DNA of 64,000 nucleotides from Macrostomum lignano. Its lineage: Eukaryota. The notes beneath the pieces were generated by a model. The model had not been told where the DNA came from, did no database searches, and was given only the letters and a program-made list of their open reading frames with translations. Position numbers and translations under genes: made by a program. Positions 59,628-64,000 of this stretch are shown in pieces; positions within the stretch are counted from its first letter, which is position 1; each line of letters starts with the position of its first letter. Location of the stretch: positions 268,520 through 332,519 of the forward strand of contig NIVC01000112.1 in NCBI GenBank assembly GCA_002269645.1. The letters are read 5' to 3'.

Positions 59628-60037
59628 TGTTGTGTTGCGACACAGAAGTCTTATGTTTCCAGATGCTTGTATGGATATAGAGCAGCTGTGTAGTTATAAG
59701 TGCTCTTTAACACTCGTTTATTAGTCGTGTCCATAGACATAAATCAAACACACAGAGAATGAGTCTATGAGTCTATCATAACATAACATCTCCCTTCTTC
59801 AGAGGGATTCCTATGTGTAAGTAAAATAAATCCTCTTTCCGGAAGTTCCGTTCTACACTGACACCTTTTCATTAGTCAATGTGCCTGAAATCGCACGACT
59901 GGCTTCACCACACGTCCACTCCGTGTTGTATAGCCATTTGTCGTCCTAGGTGACTGACATAGTTGTGCATTAGGTGCTTGTGCTGATGGTTTGCTGCCTA
60001 TATTTTCCTCCACTGCTTCGTGCTTATCCGGTTGACT

Positions 60038-61804
60038 TTAAGAAGCTTTCAGTGGTGCGGTAGTTTCCTTTCCGAATGCGTCTTCAAGGGTTTCTCTTTG
60101 TGGAACAGCGATTTCTTCTGCTGCTCCAGTCCGTTGAGTCAAAAACGATTTGTTCCGACGTAGTAGCTTTCCTTGTTCATCGCGAACTATATAAGAACGG
60201 TCATTCACTCTCATGTGCACTTCTGCTGGCTGCCATCGTCGTGTTGATTCTTGCATCCAAACCTTTTCTCCACAACCAAATTCTCTCCTCTCCTTAGATC
60301 CACGGTTGTAATATTCTTCGGCCTTGTTCTGCTGGTCCTTTAGCTTCTGCAGTACTTTCCTGAACATGACCTGTCTAGGAATTAGATCTGCTTTTGGGAT
60401 CGGCAAATCATAGCGCAGTTTGTGTCCAAAGACTAGCTCAGCGGGTGATGGCATTCCATGCTCGATAGGAGTGTTCTTGTAATGCAGCAGTGCCATGTGC
60501 TCGCCTTCATTGCTCTTCAGAACCTTCTTTAAAATATTCTTGATCGTTTGAACGCCTCTTTCCGCTAATCCGTTGGACTGGCTGTACTTCGGCGATGATG
60601 TAGCATGCTTGAAGCCGTACTCTTTCGCGAAACGACCAAATTCTCTTCCCGAGAATGGAGGTCCATTGTCAGATCTTAAAATCTCGCAAACTCCATAGGT
60701 CTGGAAATACTTCTTTAGTTGGGGAATCACAGAGGCAGCTGAAGTATTGTTGATCTTAGCGTATTCGATCATCCGACTGTATTTATCAACATATATCAAG
60801 AAATTCTTCCCGTCAATATGGAAAATATCCGTGCCACATTCCTGAAATGGGTAGTCCGGTAGGCACTGAGCCACCATCGGTTCCTTCTGTGGCTTTCTTT
60901 GGCTTTCCTGGCAGGCAATGCACGCTGAAGTCATTTCTTGAATATCACATGTAATTCCAGGCCAGTAGACGCTCTCTGACGCCTTTAAGCTTGCCTTCAC
61001 AATTCCAGGGTGTCCAGTATGCAGCTTCTGTAGCACTTCCATTCTCATTGAGTTTGGAACGACTATTCGGTTCTTCATCCAGATCAGATTGCCATGCGCA
61101 GTCAGATCATGTCTGACGTTCCAGAAACAACGAAGCTCAGTCACGAGCTGGCTTCTGTGGTGAGGCCAACCAACACCGATGATCTCAGCGAGTTGTTGCA
61201 GTGTTGAGTCCTTTGCCGTTTCATTTTCCAGTTTCTGCATCAGTTCTGGGAATCCAACCGACATTCTAACACCGAGCACGTGACCTTCGATGTCATCTTC
61301 GAGTTGTTTAGAGGCATGTACGTTCTTTAAGAAAGCGCGGCTTAGAGTGTCTGGAATGTGCAAGTCTTTACCGGGAACGTATATAATGTGCAGGTCGTAC
61401 TTCTGAACTAGTAGCATCAGTCTCTGCAATCTTGCTGTAAGAGTTGAAATTGGCTTCCGGAAGATGTTCTCTAGCGGCTTGTGGTCGCTCTCGACCGTTA
61501 CCTTGTGTCCCCAGACGTACTGGTGGAATCGCTTGCAGCCAAACACAATAGCCAAAAGTTCCTTTTCGATCTGAGCATACTTCCGTTGGGATGGCGTCAG
61601 TGATGACGAAGCGTATTCCAGCGGGTGTCCATCTTGCAGGATAGTTGCTCCGAGACCGTGTTGACTAGCATCGACTGACAGAGTAAGTGGTGCATTCGGG
61701 TTATAGCGAGCTAAGACTGGTGCGTCGCAAAGACTCTGCACAATTGATTCGTACGCTTTTTCGTGTTCATTTGTCCAGTTCCACTGAGCATTCTTCGTCA
61801 GCAA
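60038..61804 (-). pseudogene. Gypsy pol: RNase H and integrase segment
   Basis: VDASQHGLGA, YAQIEKELLAIVFG, ESDHKPL, H..HPG..C..C zinc finger, GTDIF, SDNGPPF, SNGLAER. Cut off from RT by the 61805-62634 insertion. Confidence 0.9.
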
Positions 61805-62634
61805 TGTAACGATATATACCGATTTTTTTCGGCAGCAATTGCGTAAGCTGAAGCCGCGTAGCGGCTGAAGCTTAGTAGAGCAATTGCTGCCGAAAAAAAT
61901 CGGTACATGTCATTATTGTACCCTTTTGACTTCCCTTGTCTATGGCCCAGACATAGTGCGGATGCTGAGTATGAAATGCGATTGTTGCCGGAATGCGCTT
62001 TGAAAGGGTTGTAGAGATAATCAATCGTCTATGGCAAATTTAGTTGCTCTCTAAATGAAAGGGTTGTAGAGATAATTAATCGTTTATGGCAAATTTAAAG
62101 GACAGTGAAGACAGCTAGCCTGGCTGCCATGAGTTAATTCTCAAGTTGATTTTGAGCTTGAATTAATTCTCCTATTCGGAGTGCAAATAGGAAAAGTAGC
62201 TATGATTCGCTACGCAAACATTCCTGGCGGAGAAATATGTGGACTCTCCACGGACGAGTTGGCTTTTGTCACCCGAGAGTCGAGCACGCGCTACGTTCTG
62301 GAGATGGACAACCTGGATGCGTCGTCCAGTTCCAACGGGCTGCCTGAGCTAGGTAGCGAAGATCTGGAAATGTTGGACCGACTTGAGAGTGACTCAGTGC
62401 CGAAATCGACCGAGACGCAACGGAAGCTTCACGTGGCAAGGTTCCGACAGTTCCTCAACGAGAAGGGGCTCTGCCAGGAGTTTGAGCGTGTTCCGGATCG
62501 ATTTTTGAACGATTATCCTTGTTTTGATAGCCAAATACATTCGTCTGAAATCCGGCAACAATCGAAAAAAGCCGACAAACAATTAAATTGTTACCGCAAG
62601 TATGAATGCCGGAAACCATAGACAAAAGGGAACA
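61805..62634. mobile_element. About 830-bp composite insertion within Gypsy pol
   Basis: Interrupts ...KAAPLRTL|LTKNAQW.... CAAT is duplicated at both junctions. Contains a palindrome with 26-bp arms (61817-61905), an about 42-bp duplication (about 62001-62098) and ORF 62181-62621. Confidence 0.85.
62181..62621 (+). pseudogene. Possible Crypton-like (tyrosine recombinase N-terminal / DUF3504-associated) fragment
   Basis: SVPKSTETQRKLHVARFRQFLNEKGLCQEFERVPDRFLNDY resembles, from memory, the N-terminal helical region of Crypton recombinases. No catalytic domain; not verified by search. Confidence 0.4.
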
Positions 62635-64000
62635 ATGTGCGTAGCGGTGCTGCTTTAGATGACAGATCCGAAATGAATTTGGACAAAAAATTTGCACATC
62701 CTAGAAATCGCATAAGTTGCTGCTTTCTCTCATTGCCGGATAGAGTATCTGGTTGGGGCATATCGCGCATTGCTTTTACTTTGTCTGGGTCGACTTTAAT
62801 TCCGGTGTGCGAAAGTATGTTGCCGAGGAATTTCAACTCCTTCAATCCGACTTTCCGCTTTTTATAATTCAGGCGCAAATTCTTCGCACGGCACATTTCC
62901 ATAAGCTGCTTCACAGCTTCATCGTGTTCTTCAACAGTCTTGCCCCAAACAATGAAGTCGTCAATAAAATTGTTGCAGTTTCTGATCTTGTCCAAGATCT
63001 CCTCCCGAACTCGCTTCTGGTAGACTTCCGATGCGGAACAAATTCCATAGGGCATTCTCAGCCAACGATATCGTCCAAAAGGTGTGTGAAAGCACGTCAT
63101 CAACGAACTTTCATAATCCAATGCAATCTGGTGAAAACTCGCAGTCGCATCAAAAGTTGAGAACAGAGCAGCGTTTCTGATTTCTGCAATAATTTCGTCA
63201 TAAGACGGTATCTGATACTGCTCTCTCATTATGTTGGCATTCAGATGCTGAGGGTCTAGGCAAAGACGTATAGTCTTGTCTGCCTTTCAGACGACGACCA
63301 CATTTGAAACGTACTTCGTGGGCTCATCACACTTGGTGATGAGTCCATCCGAAACCAGGCGATCTAATTCAGCCTTCAAAGGTTGCATTGCTGCAAATTC
63401 TTTGTCATCGCGCAGGCTGATGTGATAACTCCCAGGTAAGCAACCTGTTCCTTCAAAGACATTGGGATACTCTCGAAGAAATCTTTCATCTGTCCACGTG
63501 GACTTAAACCCTTCAGGTTGAACAGAAACTCCGAAGTTGAATTTCACCAGGCCTATCTCTTCTGCAGTTTTCCATCCGATGAGTGGAATGAGCCTCTCTT
63601 TAATCACAATAAATTCATTTTCATGCTTGACTCCTTCATATTCCAGTTTCAATTGTACCTTCCCTGCGACTGTTAGGCGCGACCTTTTATAGCAAAAGAG
63701 TCTACAAGACGTTGCTTGTATCGACGTGTTTGGTGCAATCTGCCTAAGCAGATGTTCAGGGAGTACATTTGCATCCGCTCCTGTGTCGCATTTGCAATTC
63801 ACCAGCTGACCTTCGATTTTGATACCAACAGTTGTTCTACTATCTCTGTCGTTGCCACCCGGTCGCAGAGATGCTGACATGACCCACGAATCTTGACGAT
63901 CAGATTCTGAGCTTTCATTTGTATTTCGATCCAAGGCTCTTACGGTCTTATTCCGACAAACGTTGCTGAATTGGTTTTGCTTTCCGCAAGATTTGCACGT
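62591..64000 (-). pseudogene. Gypsy gag knuckle, protease and reverse transcriptase segment with an in-frame stop
   Basis: CKSCGKQNQFSNVC (degenerate knuckle), CDTGADANV protease, FHQI, TPFGRYRWLRMPYGI, FIDD. The TGA at 63287-63289 lies in frame between VVVV and KADKTIRLCLDP. Confidence 0.9.

Larger units (their letters stand above)
59628..64000 (-). mobile_element. Degraded Gypsy/Ty3 LTR retrotransposon (3' LTR to gag knuckle; continues past the right edge)
   Basis: 3' LTR 59628-59788 (TGTT...AACA, with AATAAA on the minus strand); PPT gaagaagggaga at 59789-59800; domain order PR-RT-RH-IN. Confidence 0.92.

Overview
Eukaryotic (metazoan) genomic DNA with GC-rich spliced exons, AT-rich introns packed with simple repeats, and TTAGGG-like tracts. 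This style resembles a free-living flatworm such as Macrostomum, but that is inference only. Host genes: two intronless rhodopsin-class GPCR paralogs (-, one cut by the left edge), RPL7 (+, 2 exons), a complete NompC/TRPN1 mechanosensory channel (+, 21 exons, 29 ankyrin repeats plus a cap, about 1820 aa, with an upstream RFX X-box), SPATA1 (-, 16 exons plus one tandemly duplicated exon) and UBE2K (-, 3 exons, 200 aa). Mobile DNA: a 5'-half Bel/Pao element flanked by a 258-bp direct duplication; a full-length Bel/Pao element (identical 285-bp LTRs, GAGGG TSD) inserted 15 nt from the last splice junction of SPATA1; a degraded Gypsy element interrupted by a composite insert with a Crypton-like ORF; two tRNA-derived SINEs; several MITE or palindromic elements; and a 2.9-kb inverted-repeat-bounded cassette carrying a CCAAT/TATA promoter. 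Most long low-complexity ORFs in the track are minisatellite artefacts. No CRISPR array, rRNA or intact tRNA gene was seen. Exon coordinates were mapped by hand from GT/GC-AG sites and frame continuity. Family assignments rest on motif recognition, not database searches.
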